Shown one piece after another: positions 1-12,513 of a stretch of 64,000 nt of DNA (positions are counted from its first letter, which is position 1; every line of letters starts with the position of its first letter). Source of the stretch: Orbicella franksi (taxonomy: Eukaryota); NCBI GenBank assembly GCA_964199315.1, contig OZ116700.1, forward strand, positions 15,996,001 through 16,060,000, read 5' to 3'. The translations under genes and the position numbers were made by a program. The notes under the pieces are model-generated. The model was not told the DNA's origin, made no database searches, and worked only from the letters and a program-made list of their open reading frames with translations.

Positions 1-454
1 TTATCATGGTGTACAAAGCGCAGTTATAAATGGTGGATTTTTGTCAATCATATAAAAGTATGCAAGTCAAAATTGCCTAAACAGTCATAATGCAATGCAA
101 CCAGCTTACAATTTAAATCCATGACAAGAGTTTTCTCTGCTTTCCCATTTTGACCTGCCTTCAATCTTTACAATTACATGGTTCTGTGACAGGGTAATAC
201 AAAGGGGTTATGATAAACAGCATCTCTTTGCTCAAATAAAATCACTGTCCTGGATGAAAACAACATTGCTACTTTAATATATGGTACTGATTCAATAAAA
301 CCACCTTGGAAGTGATCATTCAAATTCCTTTTTTTTCCTGGCATTAATTGTACATATAAGTTTGCCTGTGCTGCTCAAAATGCAAGCTGTTCAGGTATGT
401 AACTATTATGAAGTACCAAATGTTCACTAAACACTAATGATAGGATCTTGGAAA

Positions 455-2011
455 TTACAAAGCATAGCACACACACCACATTTGATTTACTATTCCAAAC
501 TGGCTTAATGGCATAACCCCCTCAAATATTAAAACGTTCTTTACTTTGTTGATGGACCTTTCAACATGGATACGCAAACTTGCAATTTCCTGTGTTTTGG
601 TAACACCTTCAGCAGACATTTGATCAGACATTCCAAGGAATGGGGGGATATTAAGGGTCACTCCAAGGGGAAGCACATCCTCAATTGTAAAACCCTTGTC
701 GGCTATTACACAGTCTCCATTTTCAAAGGGTAGTTTCAAAAAACCACTGCGTTCCACTATTTCTTTATCAGATATACTGCCAGTGCATAGCTGTCCAATG
801 AATGTTATTGACCCTTTAGGGGAAATTCCAATCAGTCCTTTCAGAGTGGTGTGACTCTTGTACAAGCTAAATAGCTCACTGTTCAACAAAAGGCTGCTTA
901 GCATGTGGCACCGCACCTCTGTGCAGTCATTTATCACTCTTGTACTGGGGTACTTCTCTTTAAAGGCCTCAGGCATAGAATCATCCACAGATTTTCTGGA
1001 GGGCCAGATATTGATCTGGCCAAGTTTCAAATACATAAAATTAATCCAAGAAATAAATATGCTACTTACAGTAGACTGTGATACTTTAAACAAGTGTGCA
1101 AGATGAACCTCAGCAAAACCTTGCCTCAGTCTGCACATTGCCAGGAAAAATTCTTCTAGAGGTAACAAAGTCCTTGGCCTTCCTTGCTTAACTAAGTTAC
1201 CAACTGCAGCCTTTTGGGAATCTTCTTGGCCTGACAACCAGTATTTAATATTTTTTCCATTGACACCTGGATTTAAATACTCATATAGAGCCATCATTGT
1301 CTGCACATTTGGAAACCCAGTATAAAATGTTAACAATGAGTCATCTGTTTTGATGTTCTCAAATGAAAACACGTGTTTTTCGAGTTTATCACATTTCTGC
1401 TCAAAAAGATCAATGTTTTGCTTTAAAGATGACACCTCCAATTCTAATTTTTCTTTTATTTCAATAGTTTCAGCTAACAGTTTCTCCAGTCGTGTAATTT
1501 CTTGATTTTCTTTGGACTGTAAATCATTTACAGCTGATGGAAATTCTTCCATTTCCGGAGCGAGGTGACTTTCTGTGCTTGTCGTAAGGACATGTAAGTT
1601 GGATGATTCCTCCACAATTTCCCTCGAACAGGAAGCCTCAACAACTTCAGCGATAGTTTTGCTTACCTTCCGTGACACAGAAGTGGCCGTACTGGAGATA
1701 CGAGGCGTTGGAGGCGGTCGCTTGTGAGGTGAGCTTCGTTTCCAAGTGAAAACAGAAGGAACAGCCCCTTGTCTTAATGAAATCACGCCATCTAAGCTCT
1801 TCTTCAAATCATCCAGCTTAAAGTGCCATGAGCATACCTTTGTTGTACTTGATATCTGAAAATCTTTCCCCTCATCTCTCCGAATAGCATGTATCCACTG
1901 CTTTCGTGTTTTTTCTTGCGTTGGAAATTTAAAGTAAGATACCTTCTCTCTGGTCTCTTCTTCACAATATCCTTTCCTAGTGCAAAGTGGAACACAGCAA
2001 TGCGTTGGCAT
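455..2011 (-). CDS. THAP-domain Harbinger/ISL2EU-type DDE transposase (THAP + coiled coil + HTH + DDE_Tnp_4-like), about 518 aa, uninterrupted ORF
   Basis: MPTHCCVPLC...KFP...WIHAIRR...VCSWHF...AVPSVF (THAP); EEFFLAMCRLRQG...FKVSQSTVS (HTH); NDCTEV, ADKGF and RIHVERSI (D-D-E). The likely ATG is at 2011; the 18 extra N-terminal residues in the ORF track come from the Crypton hairpin. Confidence 0.85.
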   Translation of the reverse strand: MPTHCCVPLCTRKGYCEEETREKVSYFKFPTQEKTRKQWIHAIRRDEGKDFQISSTTKVCSWHFKLDDLKKSLDGVISLRQGAVPSVFTWKRSSPHKRPPPTPRISSTATSVSRKVSKTIAEVVEASCSREIVEESSNLHVLTTSTESHLAPEMEEFPSAVNDLQSKENQEITRLEKLLAETIEIKEKLELEVSSLKQNIDLFEQKCDKLEKHVFSFENIKTDDSLLTFYTGFPNVQTMMALYEYLNPGVNGKNIKYWLSGQEDSQKAAVGNLVKQGRPRTLLPLEEFFLAMCRLRQGFAEVHLAHLFKVSQSTVSSIFISWINFMYLKLGQINIWPSRKSVDDSMPEAFKEKYPSTRVINDCTEVRCHMLSSLLLNSELFSLYKSHTTLKGLIGISPKGSITFIGQLCTGSISDKEIVERSGFLKLPFENGDCVIADKGFTIEDVLPLGVTLNIPPFLGMSDQMSAEGVTKTQEIASLRIHVERSINKVKNVLIFEGVMPLSQFGIVNQMWCVCYAL

Positions 2012-2024
2012 TTTAGGTAATAGA

Positions 2025-2161
2025 TCAAAAACGAGTGCGAGTTTTTCATCAGGGGTTCCAAACACCGAGAAACAGATGAAAGCACAACGCCGAAGGCGGA
2101 GTGCTTTTATTGTTTCGAGGTGTTTGGAACCCCTGATGAAAAACGAAGCACGAGTTTTTGA
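2025..2161. repeat. Long hairpin (about 60-bp arms, 26-bp perfect core) at the Crypton 5' end
   Basis: GTTTTTCATCAGGGGTTCCAAACACC (2041-2066) is the exact reverse complement of 2119-2144. The loop contains a CGCC-GAA-GGCG mini-stem. Confidence 0.95.
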
Positions 2162-2338
2162 GCTGGCTTCTCAAAGTAGCATGAGAATTTTTTTCGAAGA
2201 ATAGGTAATTAGTAGGCATGCTCAATAGGCTATTGTCTGTTTTTTATTCATATGGTAAATGAAATGAATCTTTTATATGCGGCCATGTGGGCAAGTTTTA
2301 AAGGTTGAATTTTTAATAAATTAACATTATGCTGCGTG

Positions 2339-3680
2339 ATGGTGATCGAGTGGAGATCAGAACGTTTTCGAGTTCCAAAAACCTCTTCTCAAGAAAATGT
2401 TTTGGTGAATGATGCTGTTCCAGTTTCAACTAAGTATAAAAACAAGTGGGCTGCGAACATTTTTGCCGAATGGCAGAGGTTGAGAGAGGTTAAAGTTCCA
2501 GTATTAGATTGTGGCGGTCTCTTCAAGGACTACGATTTACACAATGTTACCGCTGTGAGTGTAGATATTGCTGGAATGGACGCTCTGTCACTGAACTATT
2601 GGTTGTCAAAATTTGTGATGGAGGTAGCTAAAAAGTCCGGTGAAAGATACCCTCCGAAGTCTGTTTATGGTATCATTTGTGCCCTCAAGCGTTATTTGGA
2701 GGAGAAAAATGGATCAGAAGCTTTGAATCCTCTGGACGCTAGTGACAAAAGGTACTTGACAACTTTTAGACCAAATTGGTTAGTAATTTAAAATGCACTG
2801 TTTCAGGACTTTAATTTTGTGTGTTATTTTTTGAAGGTTTGTCCTTTTCCGACGTTGCTTAGATGCCGAGATGAAGAATGGCGTTCGAGAAGGGCTTCAC
2901 ATCAAGTGTAAGAAAGAGGAAAAGGAGTTTGTGAGCGAGCAAGAAGAAGCAGTATTCTGGCAAAAGAAATTGCTGAGAACTACATCAGCTAAGTCGTTAT
3001 TGAACACGATCTATTTCTACAACGGAAAAGTTTTTGGGTTGCGGGGGGGAGATCACAGAAATATTGTTGTAAACAGCTTTGAAATTGGTCCAAATTTTAT
3101 TAAGTTTGAAGAAAATGCCTCTAAAACTTATCATGGAGGTCTTTGTGATCTAAAGTATGTGCCGCGAGTGGTCAAGCATGTTTGTCATTCTATTGAGGAA
3201 AAGCACAAGCCGTGCCTTGTTGAGATATTCAGATTGTATGTAGGGTTAGTTGAGACTCATGCAAAGGAAGTTACTGCATTTTACTTTAAGCCATCAAAAA
3301 CTAGGTTCGCATTCGATAAAGCGCCCGTAGGCATCAACAGCTTGAACAAGATTTTGCCTGACATGTGCGACGCGGCAGGCTTTAAACGCAAAACCGTTCA
3401 CAGTTTGCGCATTACTTGTGTTTCCTCCCTGTTCAATTCTGGGGTTGAAGAAAAATTGACTCGCGAAAGGTCGGGGCATCGTTCTAATGCATTGTTGCAG
3501 TACGAAAAGCCTACAGAAGAAAATGTGTCTAAAGTTTCAAAGATCCTAGGTCCAAGTGTTGTTAGTACAACTACATGTTTTACCACAGAGAAACAGGATC
3601 AATCTTTAACGGATGTTGTTTTCCAGAAAGGAAAATTCAAAAACTGTACAATTAATGTAACGATGTCTAAGAAGGAATAA
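2339..3680 (+). CDS. Crypton (DUF3504-like) tyrosine recombinase, 2 exons (2339-2751, 2837-3680), about 418 aa, no internal stops
   Basis: A phase-2 GT-AG intron (2752-2836) joins the two track ORFs in frame (DKR|FVLFRRCLDAEMK). Motifs: STKYKNKWAANIFAEW, YFYNGKVFGLRGGDHR (R), HSLR (HxxR), RSGHRS (H), LLQYEK (Y). Confidence 0.85.
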
Positions 3681-4139
3681 TATGTTGCTGTATTGTTGTT
3701 GTAAGCAATGATTTAAGCGGGAAAAATGCTGTATTCAGAATTATAATTAAGACTGATTAAAATTCAAGTTTCTTGATCAGTGTCTTGATCAGTTTTTGAA
3801 CTAATCTACCGTGTGTTGATCGGTATGTTCATTGGGTATCAACATACATGCACCTGACCCAATTGATGCGAGCTGATTGGGTCATCAGCTCATGAATAAT
3901 TAATGAGTTTGAGAAGGGATGTTGAAAAGCACTTCTGACCAAATACCTGGACTGGCCTCTGGTTTTGTCTAATTTTTCGAGAAAAATACAGAAAACTGAA
4001 AATAATTTGAGTTTTTCTTATCTAACCACTTGGCATAAATAGCTCTCCACATCTACTCACTTGGCCTTTCTGGCCTCATTTTCATGCGCTCAAATCCAGG
4101 CCGCTCCACGTGGTGGCCATTTATGAATACGGTGTATAG

Positions 4140-6060
4140 GCTGCATGAAAAGACTTGTCTTGCTGAAAGTTGCCATAACTTGGCTTCTGTCTAGTTTCAT
4201 TTGACCATACTGGAATGTTGTGGTTCTCCTTCCTTAACTCATGTTCAACAGGTAAGAATCAGCTGTTACCAGTCTACACTGTCTTCAAATACTAGCAATA
4301 CTCTCCTATTAGCAAACACCACGCACACCCTCTCAAAGAACCAGTACCTGTTAAGAAAAAAACTTTTCACAGTCCTTGATAATCTAGGATGTAGATAACC
4401 ACTTCAACTTTCAGAGTAAAAGGTGCCCTTTGGTAGGCATCATAAAGCTTACAGCCTGTTAGGTATATAAGTTCATCAACCAGAACCTCCAGGTAAGGGT
4501 CCAAATGTTTAGGCTCTGCTCCTTGTACCTGGCTGGGGATGATGCCTACAAGAATAAGATTTTCAAAGTGGTTTCTTATTCTCCTTGATAGATTAAGTTG
4601 ACCAAGAACTACAGGCCACATGGAATAATTGGTTTTATTTCTACTCCACAGGTTAAGGCCATCAAGACAAAGGGATAATGCAACACCTCTTGGTTCACCC
4701 TGAAATCTGCCATTTGACCCAAATGCTTCTTTCCACTTTGGAGAATCATGGATATCTTGCATCATTTGCTTGGTTTCCAGACAGGCTTTTTCCCTGTCGT
4801 GGTTTTGGAGTAGATAAAATATGTCCTTTGTTCCAAAGCTTCTAGCCAGTCTCGGGCCAAGGGGCAAGTACCAGAAGATTCTTCATGGAACATTACTGTG
4901 TTTAAAGCGTGGTTCTTTGCATTTAGGGCATTCTGCATGTACTTTGTACTCTCCTCTGAAGAGAACAGTCATTTACATAAGCATAAAATACCAGTTCAGG
5001 AACTAGGTAGGGCTTAATGATCATATAGGCACTTTGGTAGGGTGTAGGAAGACAATTCCCCTTGGGAAGAATTGAATGCCATATCTGCAAGTTCCTTGAA
5101 AAAGCCTCTTTGCTCACAGAGGGATGGGAAGGAAACCAGTAAAATAGGTGAACTAGAGTCTCTAGCAAGGTACATGTTGAACTGCTATGAAGAGGAGAAC
5201 TATCAGAGGGCATTTCTGACAAATTATATTGCTCTGGTATTGAAAATGTTTCACTTATGTCCAAAGGTTACATGGTTTCATCATCTGAATCCTGAAAGTA
5301 ACTGTGCATGAATGAATTAAAGAAATGGCAGCTAATGGCGAGAGCACTCTCCACCTCCCGTGCTTTGTACTCTCATAAAAGCACAATGTTTAGATTGTCA
5401 GTTAAGCATTATCAAAGGTTGGTTTCCCAAACTTTGTATAGAATCATTCAATTTATGATGAACGTTACTGTGATTCACAACTTTTTTGCACACAAGTATT
5501 GACTTGACAATAAATACAATAAACAAAACTCAAACAATACCTCTTCACTGTCAGAGCCAGACACCCCACTTTCATTGTCATAAGACAAGCCGCTCTCTCG
5601 ATCACCTTTGACCTCGAGAATTGGACTTTCTATGAATTCTTCAATTGGGATGACCTTTAGAGTTTTTAACACACCACATTAATGACATCAACGATTACCA
5701 GTGTATATTTACCACATGTACAGGAGAGAGCTTAGATGAATGAAGTTCTCACTCATAGGTTCATACAGTTGCATAATCATGTTCTTTGCACTCCAACACC
5801 TTAAGGTGAATTTCTAGCATGTAGAAAACACTTGAATGTAAAAATACCTCGTTTGATGCAATCTTGCCATGATCACCAGCGCACTCAGTCGGATTATTGA
5901 TGCTTTCAAGGACTGTGTCTTCCGAACAACCAGACAGGTGCAGAGAAACCTTGAATCAGAAAACCCCGTAATACGTTTTGTAAACAACTCATGATCACGA
6001 GGTGGTCCTGCACTATTCTGCCAAGTTATTTTCCTTTTATGTGGACAATGCAACAATTTC
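4140..6060 (-). pseudogene. CACTA/EnSpm (Transposase_21/tnp2-like) transposase remnant
   Basis: YVNDC..F...CPKCKEPRF, LCLDGLNLW...YSMWPVVLGQLNL...ENLILVGIIP...EPKHLDPYLEVLVDEL, LDYQGL...CAWC...FLPVEHELR. Contains frameshifts and stops; the C-terminus is cut at about 4140. Confidence 0.8.
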
Positions 6061-6937
6061 AGGACTGAAGCTCTCTTTTTTGATACAGCGACAGGAAGGT
6101 AAGAGGATGTTATGTTAAATAAATTGTAGATTGAACTTCAAGTGCGAAACAGTTGAGTTTGTGTGTGCATTTGTACATTTCCCGCCAATTAATGGCACCA
6201 TCGCACTGACACATTTTATCCAACTTTCAAATTTGATTAAATCGCTCAGAATCATTTCCCCAAAAAATCCTTTGGAGATCAAAAAGAACTACTTATCGCC
6301 TTCCAAAAGCCAGATTTTCAGTCAATTATTCCGTATAGCACACAGTTAAATAACACATTTTGTTTGACCTATTTTCAGTTTGTTAAAAAGTAGCTTGGAT
6401 AAATTTAATTACATTTTGTAAATAAATAAACAAGAATTGCTCAAATTGCTGTCAACATATGTTTTGATGTTGGTTTTCAAGATTTGATAGTTTTTACATT
6501 CTAGGTTGTTTGATTTTGTGATGTGAAGCTTTGAGCGTCATCTTAAATTTTGAGCTCCAAAAGGGCCATTTTGATGGAATTCAGTTATTATCTATTTTCT
6601 TATAAATAAATTGATGTCCAGCCAAATGAAGTTGTGATTTGTTCACACTAAGGCCTACCTAACCTCAGAATATGAGCAGAATTTATTTTTTAGCCGTTGC
6701 CACATTTTGAAAATGTTTGAGTTTTGGACACATTCACTCTTAAATAGACAGTGAAATGCTTGTACTGACAACCAGACAGTTGAGACAAAATGGATACACC
6801 TGGAGAGCAATTTTGACCAAGGACCTGAATTTGTTTCTCCAGCTGGCTAGTGCTACCTTTCCAGCCACAGTGGAGTTATGGTGAGCAGATCTTCCTAAAT
6901 AGTGTCGTCGTAAGCCGCTAGCAGTTAGATTTAGTAC

Positions 6938-7110
6938 TAGACTACAAGTAGTCTCTCTTTTTGCTCGAAAATCCATGGGGAAGAACACAAAACAAGTGAG
7001 CGTGCGAGCGTGATATATGAGTGCTGAGCAGCACGCTCATGTTATTATGCATTCTTTCTTGCATTCTTCCCCACGGATTTTCAAGCAAAAGAGAGACTCC
7101 TCACAGTCTA
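6938..7110. mobile_element. MITE with about 48-bp imperfect TIRs
   Basis: TAGACT..TAGTCTCTC..TTTGCTCGAAAATCCATGGGGAAGAA versus TTCTTCCCCACGGATTTTCAAGCAAAAGAGAGACT..CAGTCTA. Confidence 0.65.
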
Positions 7111-9300
7111 GTCTAGTACATGTACATTACACTTGATTTAGCCGCATAAGGCAAGAGTACTAGTGGGCAAGTTTCATATCTGTATAAATTTCAAAATAGG
7201 GACTTCAAGATAAGCTATGGTGAGCTGTTACTGTGGCTACTTTGGCCGTGAGGAACTAGGCTGACAACGCCGTTTTGTATGCAAAACTCAAACAGATTAA
7301 GATTTCGCTGTACAGCAATGACGTGTGTAGCTGCAACGTGCCTTAAAAGAATTGCTCCGTTCAAGGACAGCAGGGACTTAATTCTACTTCTGTACGACAT
7401 AGGCTTGATTATTGACAAGGATTTGCTTCTCCTATATGCACTTTACATCTCCCAGAACTTATATTTGCCTCTCAGCTGCTTTTAGAGCTGCCTGCAAATG
7501 CAACCACAAAACAAAATAACACCGTATTTAAAGTTCAATTTCAGCATGGGCAGGTTGTTTGTAAAATGTGATAAGCTTAAAAAATACAAAAATAATGATT
7601 TTATCATTTTGAACATGAATAATTAAATGTGTCGCTCATGGTAGATGTTTACATCGTTCAAATTTTCTTTGCAAAAGAAAATTATCTTAGAACAGATTTT
7701 ATGATTGAGTACTTTATCTCCTAACTAGACTGTTCAAACACTGAAAAAGCAAGAAAATGAGAAGTGAACAACAGGCTCAAACTCGTATGATGAAAGGTCA
7801 CAGCAGAAGGCAAGGCCTAACTGGAACGTGCATTATGACATCACCGGAAGTGATCTTTACTACTTGCCACCTTACTACAGCCTAGGTGAAGTGTGTAAGA
7901 CGGTGTGTACAAATTCTCTTACATTTTGGTTGAAAATAGTGATCTGAAAATATTTATGTATATAGTGAAGATATAATGAACTAATTTTCACACATCATCC
8001 ACATGGCAAGAACAAAGAGGCATGAAATATAGCACAAATCAAAAAAAACATTCGTCTCTTGAAAATAATTCTGGAGGTGGGAGTGGTGGGCTTTGTCTTT
8101 TAATTACTTATTAAAAGACCTCCTATACCGAAACGTTTCTCTGAGCACGCTCTCAGCCCAAAGTGTAATCTTAGTGTTTCACTGTCTCTTCACTATAAAA
8201 AATCTTCCATCAAAGATGTTAAGCATGGACCTGAGGTATTCACCAATTTAAGGCAAGCTTCATCAGTGAGAGTAATAAATTCGCTTGAGAACCGTTCTTT
8301 ACTGGCAAATCCGCTCCACTGTGGAGGATGCAACCAAGCCATGACAATGATTGAAAGATCCAATGGTTAGTAATAAAGAGAGGCTATGTTAACTTTAGAG
8401 TTGTATAATTTAAACCATAACTAATCAGCAGGGCTGCAAGCACGCTAGAATGCTGGGTCTGTTTCTAGTGAGAGTATAAACGATGCCTAAAGCACGAGCT
8501 ACGGAATGATTATTCGGGAAAGAAAAAGTCCATAAGCAGTCTAAAGACATGCAGAATATGTACTTAGTATATGCAAGCCTGCGTGCTTCTTCTTTCCCTG
8601 AGTGATTTGAACTAGCGAATATACGTTGCCTGTTTGACGAAATGTAAAAAAGATTGCTTGGTAGCCTGCTGAACACATGGCAGTATCATACGCTTCATGT
8701 TTGCTCCTCTCAAGCTCTCCTTCTCATTTGTGTCACCTACCAAGCTGGGTGGCATGTCACGCAAGTTGGGTACACATGTATTATATGTTAAACCATCAAT
8801 ATGGGCTTCATTATTCCATTGTCATACGCCATACGTCATTTTCAGCCTCTAGTTTTTGAAATACATACTGCATCTTGCGAAAATCTAACCGAACGCAGAT
8901 ATAAGAAGCATGTAAATGAAGAAAACAAACCATGACTCCACAAAGCAATACAGGCAGAAGGTTTTTGCACGTTTTCTGGAGTTTAAATGGAGTAATAGTG
9001 CTGGGACTACTGGAACAATAATTGCGGGAATAGCAATCATTGGGATTTCACTTCCTCTATCCTGAAGATCGTGTTTCGTTCTTGCAGGCTAACCACATTG
9101 CTATTATATACCAAACATCCAGAAAACGATATATCTCTGATATGTCATTGCTAAAAACACAGACTAAGTAACTCTTCCCGGAACCCCATGGATGATCTTT
9201 TACCGAAAAATGCATTCCGTTTAAAGCTGAAAAGTGAGCCCTTCCGCTTGGCCGTAGGAGATGAGACCGAGAACTAATGATATCCATTTTAAACCCTTAA

Positions 9301-12300
9301 GGTGGGATTACAGTCATATTTTTGTCAATTTTGGTGAAATTTGTAAGAATTTTAATTTTAATCTCAAAACACTCTTAAAGCTATAGTAGTACTTCCCCTG
9401 GTGTTTTTTTCTTTCTTCTTTACTTTTTCTGGTGAAGAGAAGCAGTTCTTTACAACACACTCTTAAATGTTGATCCATTGCCATGGCTACCAATTTGAAA
9501 ACAAGAGCTTTTAGGCAGCATTTAGTCGATAAAAATTCGTTGAATCCTCCCCTTTCCAAGTCATCCAAAAGTCCAATCCAAGCCACACTTCCGAAAGGAG
9601 GCCTGGCCCCTCAGTAAACAACACGTGCACCTGTTTCATTTTGCTTTGGCTGTGTGGTTGCTCGCATTGTTTTATCATCTTCATTATGCCTAAAGGAAAC
9701 CGTGTTGGATCCAAAGTGGCTGTTGCCAAAAGGAGTAAAAGTAAAAATGTTCAGGTTTTCTTGGAACACCCAAATGGAGAAAAGACGAAGAGAGAAAACG
9801 ACCGAAATCCGCAAGTGAAATCACTTTTGTTGCTGATTGTGATGTCGGAAGCGACAGCGATTGTTCAGAGAAACCCCTTCCTAAGTCTTCATCAAAACGA
9901 AAAATAAAGGACATTGAATCGTCCTCCTCCGAAGAATATGAATTCAAAGAAGCGAAAAGAGCCAAAGGATATCATTTCGTGGACATGGGCGGTCTAAAAG
10001 ATTTAATTCAAAGAGTTCATGCATTCAGCGGAAATTGTTCAGGTTAGCAAATAAAACCTTGAATGTTTTAGCTACTCACAGTTTCAGTCAGTTGAATTTA
10101 TTATTGTTTGAGTTGGAAATTTTCAGACTAGATTTTATTGCTAAAATATTTTTATATATCCATTTTTAGGTACAGTGCATATTCTTGAAGATCCTTTGAA
10201 TGGTTATGGCCTATGCAGTACACGCCATGTTGAGTGTGATACCTGTGAGCTGTCACAGTTCTTTAGCACTGGCAAACACAATGTCAGTGATAAAGTACCT
10301 CGAACCATGCAGGGAAAGGACATAAACAGGAGGTCAGTCTTTGCAGCAAATGAGGTAGGGCTTGGCAGAGAGGGCATTGCTGCTATATGCGAAGCACTAA
10401 ACATGCCTCCTCTTGTGGCCCCAACTGCTTGGGCCACTCATGAAGATGAACTGTACAAGCAAAATCTTGTTGTCATTAATGAAGAACTAGAGAAAAATCG
10501 AAGTGAACTAAAAGAACTTTTTCAAAGGGGCAGCAGTCAATCTCATCAGTGTAATCTCCCAGTATCAGTTAGCTTTGATGGAACCTGGGCCAAAAGAGGG
10601 TTTACATCTAACCATGGGGTTGGATTTGTGATCTCGACTGATACTGGCAAAGTTCTGGATTATTCAGTTGTCTCCAAGGCATGCAGTGCATGCAGAATAA
10701 ACGAGAAAAGGCTTTCTCAGGAGGAATTTGAGCTATGGAGAAGAGATCATGACTGTGTTGGGGGATATGAGGGTTCAAGTCCAAGCATGGAAACTGAATG
10801 TGCACGTAAAATATGAAACAGAAGAAGGGACCATGGCTTGGAATGCCACTTTATGGTTTCTGATGGAGATTCAAAGGCATACAATTCAGTATGGGATGTT
10901 TATGGGGTGTGTAGTGACTGCGACAAGTATGAACGAATGGAGAAATCATCATCTGATTACATAAAGTGGAAAAACTTCTTGGCATATAAACAATGGGAAA
11001 AAGGACCACCTGTCAGAAGAAGCTGGGTGTCACAGAGTTGTAAAATTAGACTGTGTGGGACATGTGCAAAAAAGGATGGGAAAAGCATTAAGAAATGTCC
11101 AACAACAGAAAGGAAAGCTACCAGATGAGAAGCCAGTGGGTGGCAGACCTGGTCGTTTGACAAAACCAGCAATTGAAAAATTGCAAAAGTACTATGGAAG
11201 AGCAATTAGGAATAATGCTAAGAATGGTAAACTGACAACTGAAGAGACAGAAAGAGCAATAAAAGCAATGCAAAATGAGATCAAAGCTGGCTTATACCAC
11301 AGCTGCAAGTTGCCAGATAAAGAGAGGCATAAGTATTGTCCCTCAAACTCATGGTGCTCTTACAAGAGAACTGGGAAACCAATTGAAAACAAGGGCCACC
11401 ATCTTGATCCTGTCTTTGTAGAACACTTGGAGCATGTGTACCTCCGCTTATCAGATGAAAAGCTTTTGAAGAGGTGTCTGCCAGGACACACTCAAAACCC
11501 AAATGAATGTATCAATTCCTTGGTTTGGATACGATGCCCTAAGCATAAGTGGTTCGGAAGAAAGCGTGTAGAAATGGCAGCAATCTCTGCAACATTGCAT
11601 TTCTGCTCTGGTGCAAAAGCCAAGCACAGGGTCATGGAACTTTCTGGAATAAAAGCTGGAGTAAACTATGTATGCCAGTCAGAAAAGAGACATTCAAAGA
11701 GTAAAGAAAGTTGAAAAAAGATCATCAGAGCTATTCAAAAGAAAAAGACGAGCTACAAAGAGGGTCGCTGTGAGGATTGAGGAAGCTCGTATTCAAGGGG
11801 AAGGGACCACATATGAGGCTGGCACCTTCTAACGCAGCAAATGGACATGTGAATGACTCACATATCACAGTTTTGTTTGTATTTACTTCTTAAAACAGCA
11901 TCTTATCAGAAACTACAGTGTTTCTAACGATGTTGATGAAAAACTTTTGTACTTTGATGTTTGATACTTTTAACTTGAATTTTTCAGAACTAGTGTTTTT
12001 CATGACAAGGGAGCTGCCCCGGCTAATATTTGCAAGAGGTTTTGAGCTATTGACCTCATTTTTTCAGCAGATGTTCCTTGTATTTATATCTGTAGGTTGA
12101 GTGATTTACCTTTTGGCCTACCTAAATTAATTATGAATGGTAAAAATTACACCTGAACTTTAAGTTTCCTGGTTACCATGGCAACATGATTGACATTTGA
12201 CGAATTCTAAATCACTCATCCTACATTTTGACTATAGATGAACATACTGGAATTGGTTGTTTTTCAATTAGTTTTAATGCATTCTCCTATGAAATTGGGG

Positions 12301-12513
12301 CAGCAGAGTACTGTGATGTGCAGTACTGTAAGTATTCTGTTAATTATTACCATGAGAATGATCGACAGGTGGACAACTGATGCATTTTCAGAAACCTCAG
12401 GCTGTCATTGTTCTAGGCCAGTGCTCTTTATTTTTTTCTAGTGAATTATATTTGGTTGATCTGACATCGTTCATTATGCCCAAATTGTAGGAAAATCTGA
12501 CTGCAATCTCACC
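9301..12513 (+). mobile_element. Kolobok-type DNA transposon, 3213 bp, both ends present
   Basis: TTAA at 9297-9300 and 12514-12517. TIR GGTGGGATTACAGTCA versus TGACTGCAATCTCACC. GG...CC termini. Encodes a Mutator-like-domain DDE transposase. Confidence 0.85.
9686..11832 (+). pseudogene. Kolobok (Mutator-like domain) transposase, spliced (exon 1 9686-10042, exon 2 from 10170), disrupted
   Basis: SFDGTWAKRG, VSDGDSK, CVGHVQKRMG, NPNECINSLVW..CPK, C-terminal YEAGTF. Premature TGA at about 10814 and several frameshifts. Confidence 0.85.

Larger units (their letters stand above)
2015..3917 (+). mobile_element. Crypton-type tyrosine-recombinase DNA transposon, apparently complete
   Basis: YR gene with a 5' hairpin (2025-2161) and a 3' end CATGAATAATTAATGAGTTTGAGAAG. 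A short direct repeat AGG lies at 2015-2017 and 3915-3917; there are no TIRs. Removing the element restores a plausible AAAATG start context for the ISL2EU transposase. Confidence 0.8.
1..4136 (-). mobile_element. ISL2EU/Harbinger-type DNA transposon (right end at about 4136; left end outside window), with a nested Crypton
   Basis: THAP-DDE transposase at 455-2011. The terminal motif CCATTTATGAATACGGTGTA (4117-4136) is the reverse complement (18/20) of TACACTGAATTCATAAATGG at 38094-38113, the left end of the second ISL2EU-like element. The CACTA reading frame stops right at this end. Confidence 0.6.

Noticed and set aside
2012-2065. N-terminal extension MFGTPDEKLALVFDLLPK of the 536-aa ORF
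   Set aside because: It is read from the Crypton hairpin arm; the THAP domain starts at the ATG at 2011.
7760-8400. Protein-like short frames (NWNVHYDITGSDLYYLPPYYSL; WLGCILHSGADLPVKERF)
   Set aside because: Too short, with no family recognised and no consistent splice partners.
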